DNA of 64,000 nucleotides from Escherichia coli O157:H7 (GCF_013167455.1 NZ_CP038328.1), one strand, 5' to 3'; positions 23,562 to 35,801 are shown, counted from the stretch's first letter. Notes: generated by a model from the sequence alone, not told the origin. Numbers and translations: made by a program.

Positions 23562-24725
23562 TTATCCAGCAATGTAATGCGGAACGAAACGTGAGGTGTC
23601 TTTGGTGATCAGTGTGTTATCTTCACGGATCCCCATTCCGCACGCTTCATCATCGACAATCCAGCTACCGATGAGTGTGTAGCTATCGCCAAACCGCGGC
23701 AGAGGTTGAAACGCCTGGTAGATCATCGGTTCATCGGCGTAATCACCATCAGCGTGGTCAACGACGTTATTCTGGCCGTCGAAAATGGTGACATTTCCGC
23801 CTTCGCGCGAGTAGATCGGTTTACGCACATAGCTTTCGCCAGCGGCAATCTGCGGTTTTTCACCCTCAAACCAGGATGCAAGAAGGTTAGGATGACCAGG
23901 GAAGAAGCGCCAAAGCAGCGGCATTAGCCCTTTATTACTCAAGATACTTTTCCATAACGGCTCCACCCATTGCTCGCGACGCTTGCGCAGCAGCGGACCG
24001 TTATCGTCACGCATCATCCACTCCAGCGGATACAGCTTAAATGCACGCTGGATGACATTATCATCAAGATCGGTCAGTACGCCGCCGACGCCCAAACCGA
24101 GATCTTCAATGTAGATAAACCGCGACTCCTGCCCTGCCTGCTGGGCGCAGTCCTGCAAGTACAGCACGGTACTCCTGTCTTCATCGGTGTCCTGACAGCA
24201 GCAAAAATAAAACGGTTCCCGACTGTAAAGCTCGCTAAAGCGTGAAATCAGGCGTTCCTGAATAGCATTGTACTGATCGGCATCACGCGGAATAATGCCG
24301 CTGCGCCGGGCATCCTCCAGCCACAGCCACTGGAAATAAGCCGACTCGTACAATGAAGTTGGCGTATCGGCGTTGTACTCCAGCAGCTTCACCGGCGCAT
24401 TGCCACACCAGGCAAAATCCATCCGTCCATACAGCGAAGGATCGCGGGCGCGCCAGCTTTCAGCGATCACATCCCAGTACAACGGCGGGATCGCCAGTTG
24501 CGTCAGGATCTCTTCATCTTTTACCGCGCGATCCACCACCTCAAGGCACATCTGATGCAGTTCCGCAGTCGGTTTTTCGATCTGCTCTTCAATCTGGCGC
24601 AGAGTAAAACGGTAAGCCCGACTCTCATCCCAATAGATTTCATTGTCGATGATATGAAAGTCGAAACCGTTGTCAGCGGCGATCTGGTCCAGATCCCGTC
24701 GCACAGGAACGTTGTGTCTCAGCAT
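23562..24725 (-). CDS. yjfC: glutathionylspermidine-synthetase-like ATP-grasp protein (387 aa)
   Basis: ORF 23562..24740; start at MLRHNVPVRR; last gene of the yjfIJKLMC cluster. Confidence 0.8.
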   Translation of the reverse strand: MLRHNVPVRRDLDQIAADNGFDFHIIDNEIYWDESRAYRFTLRQIEEQIEKPTAELHQMCLEVVDRAVKDEEILTQLAIPPLYWDVIAESWRARDPSLYGRMDFAWCGNAPVKLLEYNADTPTSLYESAYFQWLWLEDARRSGIIPRDADQYNAIQERLISRFSELYSREPFYFCCCQDTDEDRSTVLYLQDCAQQAGQESRFIYIEDLGLGVGGVLTDLDDNVIQRAFKLYPLEWMMRDDNGPLLRKRREQWVEPLWKSILSNKGLMPLLWRFFPGHPNLLASWFEGEKPQIAAGESYVRKPIYSREGGNVTIFDGQNNVVDHADGDYADEPMIYQAFQPLPRFGDSYTLIGSWIVDDEACGMGIREDNTLITKDTSRFVPHYIAG

Positions 24726-24727
24726 GA

Positions 24728-25366
24728 TTAGCCTCCCCAATGCCCACGGGCGCTGGAAGAACGACCATAGCCGCCGCGAGAAACGGTTGACGCTTTTTTG
24801 GTGGTAAAGCCGCCTGAAGAGTAAGACTCTTTTTTGCCAGAACCGGAGCGCCAGGAGTAATCACCGGAAGTGTTGCGCCAGACGGGGCGGGAAGCAAATG
24901 AGGATCCGCCGCTGTTATAGACAAACGGCTCATCGCGATCTTTACGAATAACCCGGCTTAACAAAAATCCAGAAACGACCGGGATCCAACTCTGTTCAAC
25001 ATTGTCGTAGTAGCAATTTTCGTACTTAGACTGACAGTTCTGCTGAGTCATATTCTTCGGAACATCGGCATAAAATGCCGCTTTGGCGTTGTTCCAGCCA
25101 CGCGCGCAAATGTCGGCATTATTACCGTCATCAATACAATCCTGCACTGTCGAATAAAACGTTCCGTCGCCGTCGTTATCGACATCGCCACTATCGCCAC
25201 AACCTTTCAATACAAAAAAAGCGGCACCGCCCATTAGCGCCAACGTTAAGTATTTTTGTGCGTAGCGATTGCGACGCGGTTCAAAAGGATTATTCGGTCT
25301 ACCAATGCGACTGATCGCTCCGTGACCAATTTTACTGTTATTTCTTGATTTGCGTTTTCTGGCCAT
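24728..25366 (-). CDS. yjfM: DUF1190 protein with N-terminal TM/signal and Gly/Ser-rich tail (212 aa)
   Basis: 212-aa ORF overlapping the yjfC start. Confidence 0.7.
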   Translation of the reverse strand: MARKRKSRNNSKIGHGAISRIGRPNNPFEPRRNRYAQKYLTLALMGGAAFFVLKGCGDSGDVDNDGDGTFYSTVQDCIDDGNNADICARGWNNAKAAFYADVPKNMTQQNCQSKYENCYYDNVEQSWIPVVSGFLLSRVIRKDRDEPFVYNSGGSSFASRPVWRNTSGDYSWRSGSGKKESYSSGGFTTKKASTVSRGGYGRSSSARGHWGG

Positions 25367-25375
25367 GATCGTCCA

Positions 25376-25774
25376 TTACCATGTCATACAAGCTGCGTTA
25401 AAAATACCGCCAGCCAGCGCGGCGGTTCCCATAAACATTCCTGCTGCGGTATTGTGATTAATAATTTTTTCGCTTAATGCGGGCATATAAAGTCTGACAC
25501 CAGCAAAAACGAGTAACTGAATCACCAGTGCAATCCCGCCCCAGGCGAAATAGTCTGGAATACTCACCGCATTGATTGCCGCACTGGATAAGGGGATCAC
25601 GTAACCCAACAATGTACCGCTGAACGCCAGTGACGCTGCGGTATTATTGTTTTTGATTAATTGCCATTCATTGTGCGGTGTAATTTTGGAGTAGATAAAC
25701 AGAAAAATAATCACCATAGCCACGCCAATAAAAAAATAGGCACTAAAGGCAAGAAGTGAATCCAGTATATGCAT
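25376..25774 (-). CDS. yjfL: DUF350 small inner-membrane protein (132 aa)
   Basis: ORF 25376..25855; start at MHILDSLLAF; four predicted TM helices. Confidence 0.7.
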   Translation of the reverse strand: MHILDSLLAFSAYFFIGVAMVIIFLFIYSKITPHNEWQLIKNNNTAASLAFSGTLLGYVIPLSSAAINAVSIPDYFAWGGIALVIQLLVFAGVRLYMPALSEKIINHNTAAGMFMGTAALAGGIFNAACMTW

Positions 25775-25791
25775 TGTAAACGTCCTTGTAA

Positions 25792-26451
25792 TTAACCAAT
25801 AATATGAAGTGATGTCAGCGGGATATCGACACCCAACGCGCGCGAAAATAACCACTCTGGCTCGCCGAGATCGTTAAAAGATTCCTCACCATTTAGCAGC
25901 AAATATTCGTAAGTATCTTCGGTCACTTGCCGCTGGTAGCCCATGGTAAAATTATGGACTTCCCATTTAGCATGATTTTGATTTTCTACTTTTTCCAGCA
26001 TGTAGACGGGTTCGATATTTCCCGGTTCTTCGCTGTTAAAAAATCGCTGCCAGCGTTTTTCCTGCCAGTTTAAGGTCATTGCCCCCATCGTTTTGGCGTT
26101 GATCGCCTCGCGCCAGTGATTCTCTTTACTGATACCGTAGCTCTCTTCATAGACAAAGAGCTTGATATCATCAATGTCATCAATATCTTCGCCGCCGGTG
26201 GTATTGATTTGCAGAAACTCATCGCCTGAAGTGTAGTAGCGGAAAATCTGACTACCGCCGCCCAGATCGATGTGGCTGACAGCGACTACCGTAAATTCCT
26301 CACCCGGCAGCGCAATCAGCAATTCATCTTCCAGCAAACGAAACGCTAACGTGTCGAGCGTAAAGCCACTATTGAGATGAAGTCCCAGCGGACCGCGAGC
26401 GATAGCAGGCTTATTATCCTTGCCAAACAGACGCTGGAAAAAACCAGACAT
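25792..26451 (-). CDS. yjfK: DUF2491 protein (219 aa)
   Basis: 219-aa ORF in operon position. Confidence 0.7.
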   Translation of the reverse strand: MSGFFQRLFGKDNKPAIARGPLGLHLNSGFTLDTLAFRLLEDELLIALPGEEFTVVAVSHIDLGGGSQIFRYYTSGDEFLQINTTGGEDIDDIDDIKLFVYEESYGISKENHWREAINAKTMGAMTLNWQEKRWQRFFNSEEPGNIEPVYMLEKVENQNHAKWEVHNFTMGYQRQVTEDTYEYLLLNGEESFNDLGEPEWLFSRALGVDIPLTSLHIIG

Positions 26452-26501
26452 ATTTTATCCTTAAAATAGTTGCCAGCCTTGCAGTGAGGCTGGCAAAAAA
26501 A

Positions 26502-27200
26502 TTACTCGCCCTGTTGGCGTTGCAGTCTTGCTAATACATCCTGGGCGCTACTTTTATTGCTACCGCCAATTCCGGCTTCCGCCAGCTTTTCGTCAAGGTC
26601 GCGACCGTCTGCGACTTTTTCTAACTGTGCGGCAGCATCCAGGCGAGCCTGACGTTCGGCCTGACGCGTTTGCAGGCGTTTTAAGGATTCTGCTGCTGTC
26701 GAAACGCTGGAAGATGCGCCAACGGTAGAAGTCGTTACAGCCTGTTGTGCACGCTGCATGGCTTCAGTGGCTTTAACGACTTCCATTTGCTGCTCAAACT
26801 GAGCGATACGCTGCGCTGTCGCTGCAACTGCTTTTTCCACGCCATCACGGGAGACTTCCAGATTCGACAACACTTGCTCTTCAGCGGTAATGAGATTCTC
26901 AAGGCGCGCGATTTCTTCAGCAACTTCGTTAATCAACGACGGATTAACGTTCTTGCTTAACGCTTCCAGCGTACGGGCTTCCAGACTGGCTTTGCGCTCA
27001 CGTAAATCTTTCAGCTTATCGTGACTTAATTTCACCCGCGCCAGCAGATCAACGCGAGATTTTCCGGCTTTATCGAGTTCAGCTTTAGCGTCACGAATAT
27101 GCTGTTCCAGCATGCGCACACCCTGGGTTTCTTCAATGGATTCTTCCGCCTGGGAGATAAACGATTTCCCCAGCGTAAATAAACTTTTTAAAATTCCCAT
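26502..27200 (-). CDS. yjfJ: PspA/IM30-family coiled-coil protein (232 aa)
   Basis: Long heptad-like coiled coil (RMLEQHIRDAKAELDKAGK...) typical of the PspA/Vipp1 family. Confidence 0.8.
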   Translation of the reverse strand: MGILKSLFTLGKSFISQAEESIEETQGVRMLEQHIRDAKAELDKAGKSRVDLLARVKLSHDKLKDLRERKASLEARTLEALSKNVNPSLINEVAEEIARLENLITAEEQVLSNLEVSRDGVEKAVAATAQRIAQFEQQMEVVKATEAMQRAQQAVTTSTVGASSSVSTAAESLKRLQTRQAERQARLDAAAQLEKVADGRDLDEKLAEAGIGGSNKSSAQDVLARLQRQQGE

Positions 27201-27218
27201 AAATACCCGTCCTTGTAA

Positions 27219-27620
27219 TTAGTGTGAATATTCTTCTGTAATTTCAGCCAGATCCAATGCGTTATCTACCAGCGAGGTTATCTCAAGCAGGATATCTTCA
27301 AGAGAAGATTTAAGCGATAACGCCCCGAAAACAATGTAATACTCTTCTTGTTGTACGCTGGAGATTCCTACCGATGACAACGGCATCATCTTCTGATTTC
27401 TTAATAAGAAGGTATTAAATTCATCTGGATTGCTGATACTACTCACCGGACAAATAAAGGTTTCGATAATCATTTGGCGGGAAGTAAAAAGAATATTGAT
27501 TTGCAAATCGCCATAATCATTCATTTTAATAATTAATGCGTTCTCGCTATTTGTTACATCAATATTTTGTTCAGGTACAGTTTGCAGCGCCGTCGCCAGC
27601 GCCAACGGATTCCATGTCAT
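27219..27620 (-). CDS. yjfI: DUF2170 protein (133 aa)
   Basis: 133-aa ORF, first gene of the cluster; AT-rich upstream region. Confidence 0.7.
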   Translation of the reverse strand: MTWNPLALATALQTVPEQNIDVTNSENALIIKMNDYGDLQINILFTSRQMIIETFICPVSSISNPDEFNTFLLRNQKMMPLSSVGISSVQQEEYYIVFGALSLKSSLEDILLEITSLVDNALDLAEITEEYSH

Positions 27621-27746
27621 ATATTATTCCATATAGATTAAGTTTAAATATTAATAAAATGAATATTTGCAATACGTAATTATCTTACCAGCTATAGACA
27701 AAAAAAAACCATCCAAATCTGGATGGCTTTTCATAATTCAGAGGAA

Positions 27747-28478
27747 CTAGCTGCGCTGACGAACCGCTTCAAATAAGCAAATTCCGGTTGCAACCGAAAC
27801 GTTCAGGGAAGAAACACTTCCTGCCATTGGGATGCTGATCAACTCATCGCAATGTTCACGGGTCAGGCGACGCATACCTTCACCTTCCGCGCCCATCACC
27901 AGCGCCAGGCGTCCGGTCATTTTGCTTTGATAGAGCGTATGATCCGCCTCACCTGCCGTACCGACGATCCAGATATTCTCTTCCTGCAACATACGCATGG
28001 TGCGCGCAAGGTTAGTCACCCGAATCAGTGGAACGCTTTCTGCCGCGCCGCAGGCTACTTTTTTCGCCGTGGCGTTGAGCTGTGCGGAGCGATCTTTCGG
28101 CACAATCACCGCGTGAACGCCAGCAGCGTCCGCGCTACGCAGGCACGCGCCGAGGTTGTGCGGATCGGTTACACCGTCGAGGATCAGCAGGAACGGTTGA
28201 TCGAGCGAAGCGATCAGATCCGGCAGATCGTTTTCCTGGTACTGACGTCCTGGCTTCACGCGGGCGATAATGCCCTGATGCACGGCACCGTCGCTTTTCT
28301 CGTCGAGATATTGGCGGTTTGCCAACTGGATAACCACGCCCTGGGACTCAAGGGCGTGGATCAGCGGTAACAGACGTTTATCTTCACGGCCTTTTAAAAT
28401 AAAGACTTCCTGAAAACGTTCAGGGGCGCGCTCCAGCAGGGCCTGCACTGCATGGATGCCGTAAATCATTTCGCTCAT
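27747..28478 (-). CDS. rlmB: 23S rRNA (guanosine2251-2'-O)-methyltransferase, SPOUT family (243 aa)
   Basis: SpoU methylase motifs ([14 protein letters not shown]). Confidence 0.9.
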
Positions 28479-28500
28479 TAATGTACTCGTTGTTTACGTT

Positions 28501-28612
28501 TTGCCTGATGCACTACGTTTATCCGGTCTACATGATCCCTGCAATATATTGAATTTGCGTGATTATGTAGGCCGGATAAGGCGTTCACGCCGCATCCGGC
28601 ATGAACAAAGCG
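28501..28612. repeat. REP/BIME cluster between rnr and rlmB
   Basis: gcctgatgcactacgtttatccggtctaca and tgtaggccggataaggcgttcacgccgcatccggca in inverted orientation. Confidence 0.55.
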
Positions 28613-28658
28613 CATTTTGTCAGCAATCTAACCCTCTTCTGTTTGAAGAGGGTAATGA

Positions 28659-31100
28659 TCACTCTGCCACTTTTTTCTTCGCCGCACGCTTCGCTTTGGT
28701 CGCTGCAGCTATTTTCTGCGTTTTCGCCGATGGCTTTTTCGCTTTTCTCGCGTCTTTCTTCGCTGCTTTCGGCTTCGTTTTTTTCTCACCGCGGAAGGCG
28801 CTGTCTGGCTCAAAGTTTACCTTTTTACCGACCTGACGACGCTTGCCGCCTTTTTTACCTGCATCGCCTTTTTTCGCTTTCTCGCGCGCCGTTTTACCGA
28901 CGTTGCGCGGTGCGCGTTCGCTGGAGATCAGGCTAAAGTCGATTTTGCGCTCGTCCATATTAACCGCTTCGACGCGAACTTCCACGCGATCGCCCAGGCG
29001 ATAAGTCTGGCCGCTGGATTCACCCATCAGGCGTTGCCCTACCTGGTCAAAGCGATAGTAGTCATTGTCCAGCGAAGAGACATGGACCAGCCCATCAATG
29101 AACAAGTCGTCCAGACGGACGAAGAAGCCAAAGCCAGTGACGCTGGAAATTACGCCTTTAAAGACGTTACCTACCTGGTCGAGCATGAAGTCACACTTCA
29201 GCCAGTCAGACACATCGCGCGTTGCTTCGTCGGCACGACGTTCCGCCATCGAACAGTGCTGACCCAATTGCAGCATCTCTTCCATCGAATAATGGTAGCC
29301 ACCGGTTTCAGTGGTGTTGCCCTGATGCCCCTGCTCTTTCGCCAGCAGATACTTAATGGCGCGGTGCAGCATCAGGTCAGGATAACGACGAATCGGCGAA
29401 GTAAAGTGCGCATAGGACTGCAATGCCAGGCCAAAGTGACCACGGTTTTCCGGATCGTAAATCGCCTGTTTCATCGAGCGCAGCAGCATGGTTTGCAGCA
29501 TTTCTGCATCAGGACGGTCGGCAACCGACTCCAGCAGCTCCGCGTAGTCGCGCGGTTCCGGCTTGTTACCGCCCGGCAGTTCCAGCCCCAGCTCTGCCAG
29601 CACTGAACGGAAAGAGGTAATCGCTTCGGTGCTCGGCTTGTCGTGAATACGGAACAGTGCCGGTTCTTTCGCTTTCTCAACGAAACGCGCCGCCGAGATA
29701 TTCGCCAGAATCATGCACTCTTCAATTAACTTGTGTGCGTCGTTACGCTGAGTCTGTTCGATACGTTCAATACGGCGTTCAGCGTTGAAAATGAACTTCG
29801 CTTCTTCGCTCTCAAATGAGATCCCGCCGCGTTCTTCACGGGCTTTATCCAGCACTTTATAGAGGTTATGCAACTCTTCGAGATGCTTAACCAGCGGGGC
29901 GTACTGCTCGCGCAGATCCTGATCGCCCTGCAGAATATGCCAGACTTTGGTGTAGGTCAGACGCGCGTGAGAGCTCATCACCGCTTCGTAGAATTTGTAG
30001 CCAGTCAGGCGGCCTTTCGACGAAACCGTCATCTCGCACACCATACACAGGCGGTCTACCTGCGGATTGAGCGAGCACAGACCGTTAGAGAGCACTTCCG
30101 GCAGCATCGGGATAACCTGCGAAGGGAAGTACACCGACGTACCACGGTTACGCGCTTCTCTGTCCAGCGGCGTTGGCGGACGCACATAGTAGCTGACGTC
30201 AGCAATCGCGACCCATAAACGCCAGCCGCCGCCGCGTTTTTTCTCGCAGTAAACCGCATCGTCAAAGTCACGGGCGTCTTCGCCATCAATGGTGACCAGC
30301 GGTAAATCGCGCAAATCGACACGGCCCGCTTTTGCTTCTTCCGGCACTTCTTCTTTCAGCCCAGCAACCTGTTGCTCAACAGCCTGCGGCCAGATGTACG
30401 GAATTTCATGGGTACGCAGAGCGATATCAACCGCCATGCCCGTGCCCATATTGTCGCCCAGCACTTCGACGATTTTACCCACCGCTTTGGTACGGCGAGT
30501 CGGGCGTTGGGTCAGTTCAACAACCACCACAAAGCCCATCCGCGCGCCCATGATCTGATCGGGCGGGATTAAGATATCGAAGCTCAGACGGCTATCGTCA
30601 GGAACCACAAAGCCGACGCCCGCTTCGGTAAAGTAGCGACCAACAATCTGGCTGGTTTTTGGCACCAGTACGCGGACAATACGCGCTTCACGACGACCTT
30701 TACGGTCAGCACCCAGCGGCTGAGCCAGCACCTGATCGCCATGAATGCAGGTTTTCATCTGCTCGCTGGAGAGATACAAATCATCTTTACGCCCTTCAAC
30801 CCGCAGAAAGCCGTAGCCATCACGGTGGCCAATAACGGTACCTTTCACCAGGTCGAGGCGTTCCGGCAGCGCATAGCACTGACGACGAGTAAAGACCAGT
30901 TGACCATCGCGCTCCATCGCGCGCAGGCGGCGACGCAGGCCTTCAAGCTGCTCTTCGCCTTCAATGTGCAGTTCTACCGCCAGCTCATCACGGCTGGCCG
31001 GTTTTTCACATTTGGTTAAATGTTCGAGGATAAATTCCCGACTAGGGATGGGATTCGCGTATTTTTCAGCTTCGCGTTCCTGGAAAGGATCTTGTGACAT
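28659..31100 (-). CDS. rnr: ribonuclease R, RNB-family 3'-5' exoribonuclease (813 aa)
   Basis: ORF 28659..31142; start at [14 protein letters not shown]; Lys-rich C-terminal tail. Confidence 0.9.
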   Translation of the reverse strand: MSQDPFQEREAEKYANPIPSREFILEHLTKCEKPASRDELAVELHIEGEEQLEGLRRRLRAMERDGQLVFTRRQCYALPERLDLVKGTVIGHRDGYGFLRVEGRKDDLYLSSEQMKTCIHGDQVLAQPLGADRKGRREARIVRVLVPKTSQIVGRYFTEAGVGFVVPDDSRLSFDILIPPDQIMGARMGFVVVVELTQRPTRRTKAVGKIVEVLGDNMGTGMAVDIALRTHEIPYIWPQAVEQQVAGLKEEVPEEAKAGRVDLRDLPLVTIDGEDARDFDDAVYCEKKRGGGWRLWVAIADVSYYVRPPTPLDREARNRGTSVYFPSQVIPMLPEVLSNGLCSLNPQVDRLCMVCEMTVSSKGRLTGYKFYEAVMSSHARLTYTKVWHILQGDQDLREQYAPLVKHLEELHNLYKVLDKAREERGGISFESEEAKFIFNAERRIERIEQTQRNDAHKLIEECMILANISAARFVEKAKEPALFRIHDKPSTEAITSFRSVLAELGLELPGGNKPEPRDYAELLESVADRPDAEMLQTMLLRSMKQAIYDPENRGHFGLALQSYAHFTSPIRRYPDLMLHRAIKYLLAKEQGHQGNTTETGGYHYSMEEMLQLGQHCSMAERRADEATRDVSDWLKCDFMLDQVGNVFKGVISSVTGFGFFVRLDDLFIDGLVHVSSLDNDYYRFDQVGQRLMGESSGQTYRLGDRVEVRVEAVNMDERKIDFSLISSERAPRNVGKTAREKAKKGDAGKKGGKRRQVGKKVNFEPDSAFRGEKKTKPKAAKKDARKAKKPSAKTQKIAAATKAKRAAKKKVAE

Positions 31101-31138
31101 CTCGGTTCCTCCGTTGTCATCTCTGATGAAGATTTTCG

Positions 31139-31564
31139 TCACTCCACCAGCAATAATTTATAAAGCGGTTGATTCTCTTCAACCAAATCGGCAAGCGTGT
31201 AGTTATCCAGTTCCGTAAGAAAACTTTGCACGGCCTTAGAAAGCGCCTGTTTCAACCGACAGGCAGGTGTAATGTGGCAAAACTCACTGCTGCAATTCAC
31301 CAGCGATAAGGGCTCCAGCTCGCGCACCACATCACCAATACGTATCGCACTCGCCGGTTTACCCAGGCGAATGCCGCCATTTTTTCCACGAACAGCAGTC
31401 ACGTAGCCGGCACGACTAAGTTGATTGATTATTTTGACCATATGATTACGGGAGACGCCGTAGACGTCAGTCACTTCAGAAATACTGGTCATCCGCCCTT
31501 CTGGCAATGACGCCATGTAGATCAGCGCACGTAATCCGTAATCAGTGAAACTCGTTAACTGCAC
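31139..31564 (-). CDS. nsrR: NO-sensing Rrf2-family transcriptional repressor (141 aa)
   Basis: Rrf2 HTH and Cys residues; overlaps the rnr upstream region. Confidence 0.85.
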
Positions 31565-31768
31565 ATCAACCTCAAAAGGGAAATCGGGAAAAAATACATT
31601 TATATTGATGATAAACCAGCCACAAGCTGTGTCGCTAATTTATTTCAGTTCGGGGAAGGAAAAAAGCGAGGATTTAACACTGTGTCGGATAGCGTAATGG
31701 CTTAACCGACACAGCAATGTATCACACTGTTAGCCCGGCAGGCAAAATATCTGCCAGGCGTACCAGAA

Positions 31769-33070
<1,302 letters not shown>

Positions 33071-33170
33071 TCAAAATCACCGTTTGCTTAAAAATGGATT
33101 CTACCATCGCTTTTTCAGAGTTACAGCACTTTTTGCACTCAAAAATGACCTCGATCAGTCTGTTTTTTGT

Positions 33171-33368
33171 TCAGCCAATCGTTTTCCTCAACATGTAGTA
33201 GACCACAACGCCCGCAACCACAAGTCCACCGCCAAAACGACGTAAAATATTATCGGGCAAATTGGTCATCGCAGAGATCATCTTCTTCCATGCCTTCGGG
33301 TAAAGCATCGGCCCTAAACCTTCCAGTACCAAAACCAGGGCAAGCGCCAGCCAGATTGTCGAATTCAT
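33171..33368 (-). CDS. yjeT: DUF2065 small membrane protein (65 aa)
   Basis: 65-aa hydrophobic ORF between purA and hflC. Confidence 0.6.
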   Translation of the reverse strand: MNSTIWLALALVLVLEGLGPMLYPKAWKKMISAMTNLPDNILRRFGGGLVVAGVVVYYMLRKTIG

Positions 33369-33382
33369 TCATTATCCTTATA

Positions 33383-33420
33383 GAAAAAGAAAACCACCGA
33401 CATCCCTGAGGATGCGGTGG
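33383..33420 (-). terminator. intrinsic terminator downstream of hflC
   Basis: ccaccgacatcc-ctga-ggatgcggtgg stem-loop followed on the minus strand by a T-rich run. Confidence 0.55.
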
Positions 33421-33449
33421 CTTTATTGACCTGTACCGCAGTCGTTATA

Positions 33450-34454
33450 TTAACGCGTTGCGGAAGTCGGCGTCTTCATGTAGCGGAAGAAATCGCTATC
33501 CGGGCTCATGACCATCACGTCCTGATTGCCAGAGAAGCTGTTCTCATAAGCACGCAGGCTACGGATGAATGCGTAGAAGTCCGGATCTTTACTGAATGCA
33601 TCAGCAAACAGTTTGGCTGCTTCGGCATCGCCTTCACCGCGCATGATGCGGCCCTGACGCTCAGCTTCTGCCAGCGTTCTGGTCACTTCATAGTCGGCAG
33701 TCGCGCGCAGTTTTTCCGCTTCTTCCTGACCTTGTGAACGGTGACGACGCGCTACCGCTTCACGCTCGGCGCGCATACGGTTGTAGATCGCTTCAGACAC
33801 TTCGGTCGGCAGGTTGATCTGCTTAATTCGCACATCGACAACTTCAATACCCAGCGCCGCCATACTGTTCGGGTTGATGACCGGAACTTTGCCCTTCGTC
33901 TCAGCCGTTACGCGCTCTGCCGCTTCGGCAATGGCGTTATCTGCCGCCGGGGTAGTAACTTCATCTTCTGTACCCGCAGAACCGGAGTTCAGCGCGTCAC
34001 GTACTTCGAGGGTCAGACGACCACGGGAATCGGTGACGATGTCTTTCACGTCCAGGCGACCAATTTCAGAACGCAGACGGTCAGAGAACTTACGTTTCAA
34101 CAGCACTTCCGCTTGCGAAATGTCGCCCCCCCCCGTTGCCAGGTAGTAACGGCTGAAATCGCTGATGCGCCATTTGATGTAAGAGTCGACGATCAGGTCT
34201 TTCTTCTCTTTGGTCACAAAGCGGTCGGCCTGGTTGTCCATGGTCTGAATACGTGCGTCGAGCATTTTCACCGTTTCAATGAACGGTATCTTGAAATGCA
34301 GACCCGGCTCATAAACCAGAGGTTTGTTGTCATCGTCACGCAGTACCTTACCAAAACGCAGCGTAATACCGCGCTCACCTTCTTTGACGACAAAGACAGA
34401 CATGTAAAGCACTACCAGCACGATGATGATAATCGCGATAACTGACTTACGCAT
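33450..34454 (-). CDS. hflC: HflC, SPFH/band-7 modulator of FtsH protease (334 aa)
   Basis: SPFH domain; contains a G9 homopolymer at 34126-34134. Confidence 0.9.
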   Translation of the reverse strand: MRKSVIAIIIIVLVVLYMSVFVVKEGERGITLRFGKVLRDDDNKPLVYEPGLHFKIPFIETVKMLDARIQTMDNQADRFVTKEKKDLIVDSYIKWRISDFSRYYLATGGGDISQAEVLLKRKFSDRLRSEIGRLDVKDIVTDSRGRLTLEVRDALNSGSAGTEDEVTTPAADNAIAEAAERVTAETKGKVPVINPNSMAALGIEVVDVRIKQINLPTEVSEAIYNRMRAEREAVARRHRSQGQEEAEKLRATADYEVTRTLAEAERQGRIMRGEGDAEAAKLFADAFSKDPDFYAFIRSLRAYENSFSGNQDVMVMSPDSDFFRYMKTPTSATR

Positions 34455-34456
34455 CG

Positions 34457-35716
34457 TTATTCCCCCTGACGCTGGTAGTCGTTACGCTGCGCATTGGCGC
34501 GGCGTTGGTCCATAATATCGCCCTGACTGGTGGACGACGTGTTGCTTGCTCCACTGGTTGTGGAGGAAGAGGCTGGCGGCAGACGCAGCAGATTGCTGGC
34601 ACCGTTATCGCTCTTCGCCGCAGGGGCGTTACCACCTTTCAGCATCTGGTCTAACGGCAGAACCATCAGGTTGCCACCTTTATCGTTAACCAGCACTTTG
34701 CGGGTGTTACCCAACACTTTTTCCATCGTCTCGATATACAGACGCTCGCGAGTAATTTCCGGCGCGGCTTTATATTCCGGCAGAAGTTTAGCAAAACGCG
34801 CCACTTCACCCTGAGCTTCCAGGATGGTCTGGGCCTTGTACGCACGCGCCTCTTCGAGGATACGTTGCGCCTGACCGTTCGCACGCGGCTGAACTTCGTT
34901 GGTATACGCTTCTGCTTCACGAATGTATTGCTGTTCGTTTTCACGCGCGGCAATCGCATCGTCAAACGCCGCTTTTACTTCTTCCGGCGGACGAGCAGCC
35001 TGGAAGTTGACGTCCAGCAGCGTGATACCCATGTCATACGGACGAATCGTCTCTTCCAGTTCGCGCTGAGTATCGCTACGAATCACGGTACGACCTTCCG
35101 TCAGAATGCGGTCCATGGTGTATTTACCGATAACTCCACGCAGGGCGCTGTCGGTAGCCTGACGCAGGCTGTCATCCGGGCTGGTCACGCTATACAGATA
35201 TTTTTCCGGATTGGTGACGCGGTACTGCACGTTCATCTCAACGCGCACTACGTTCTCGTCCGACGTCAGCATCACACCAGAAGCTGCCAGTTCACGCACG
35301 GCTTCCACGTTCACCGGTTTGACTTCGTCGATAAACGTCGGTTTCCAGTTCAGACCTGGCTCAACCAGATGGCTGAATTTACCAAAGCGTGTTACCACGC
35401 CGCGTTCGGCTTCTTTAATGGTATAGAAACCACTGGCCGCCCAGATAATGACAATCGCTGCCGCTGCGATGGTAACGACACGACCGCCAAGCTGCGGGCG
35501 CGGGCCTTGCGATGAACTGCCACCGCCAGATCCGGTGCCTTTACCGCCGCCCAGACCACCGAGCTTTTTGCTCAGTTTGCGGAAGATATCATCTAAATCA
35601 GGTGGCCCTTGATCGCGACCGCCTTTGTTTCCATTTCCCTCAGAGTTGCCGCCAGGTTTGCTGCTTCCCCACGGGTCGCGGTCTTGTCCGTTATTACCGG
35701 GCTGATTCCACGCCAT
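34457..35716 (-). CDS. hflK: HflK, SPFH/band-7 modulator of FtsH protease (419 aa)
   Basis: Gly-rich N-terminus followed by an SPFH domain. Confidence 0.9.
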   Translation of the reverse strand: MAWNQPGNNGQDRDPWGSSKPGGNSEGNGNKGGRDQGPPDLDDIFRKLSKKLGGLGGGKGTGSGGGSSSQGPRPQLGGRVVTIAAAAIVIIWAASGFYTIKEAERGVVTRFGKFSHLVEPGLNWKPTFIDEVKPVNVEAVRELAASGVMLTSDENVVRVEMNVQYRVTNPEKYLYSVTSPDDSLRQATDSALRGVIGKYTMDRILTEGRTVIRSDTQRELEETIRPYDMGITLLDVNFQAARPPEEVKAAFDDAIAARENEQQYIREAEAYTNEVQPRANGQAQRILEEARAYKAQTILEAQGEVARFAKLLPEYKAAPEITRERLYIETMEKVLGNTRKVLVNDKGGNLMVLPLDQMLKGGNAPAAKSDNGASNLLRLPPASSSTTSGASNTSSTSQGDIMDQRRANAQRNDYQRQGE

Positions 35717-35801
35717 GTTTGTGCTCCATATTTGTTATGCGGTGATCCCTGTTGTCTTTCGACGCCAGAGGATATGACTCCACGCTTCAGACGCTACGCC
35801 G

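Noticed and set aside
28501-28936. Plus-strand ORFs of 111 aa with poly-Phe/Ala/Ser composition
   Set aside because: They start in the REP cluster and run antisense to the Lys-rich C-terminal tail of rnr; artefacts of translating the opposite strand
31660-31735. Possible intrinsic terminator downstream of purA (9-bp stem ctgtgtcgg/ccgacacag)
   Set aside because: The hairpin has a 17-nt loop and the T-run is about 15 nt away from the stem; too weak to call
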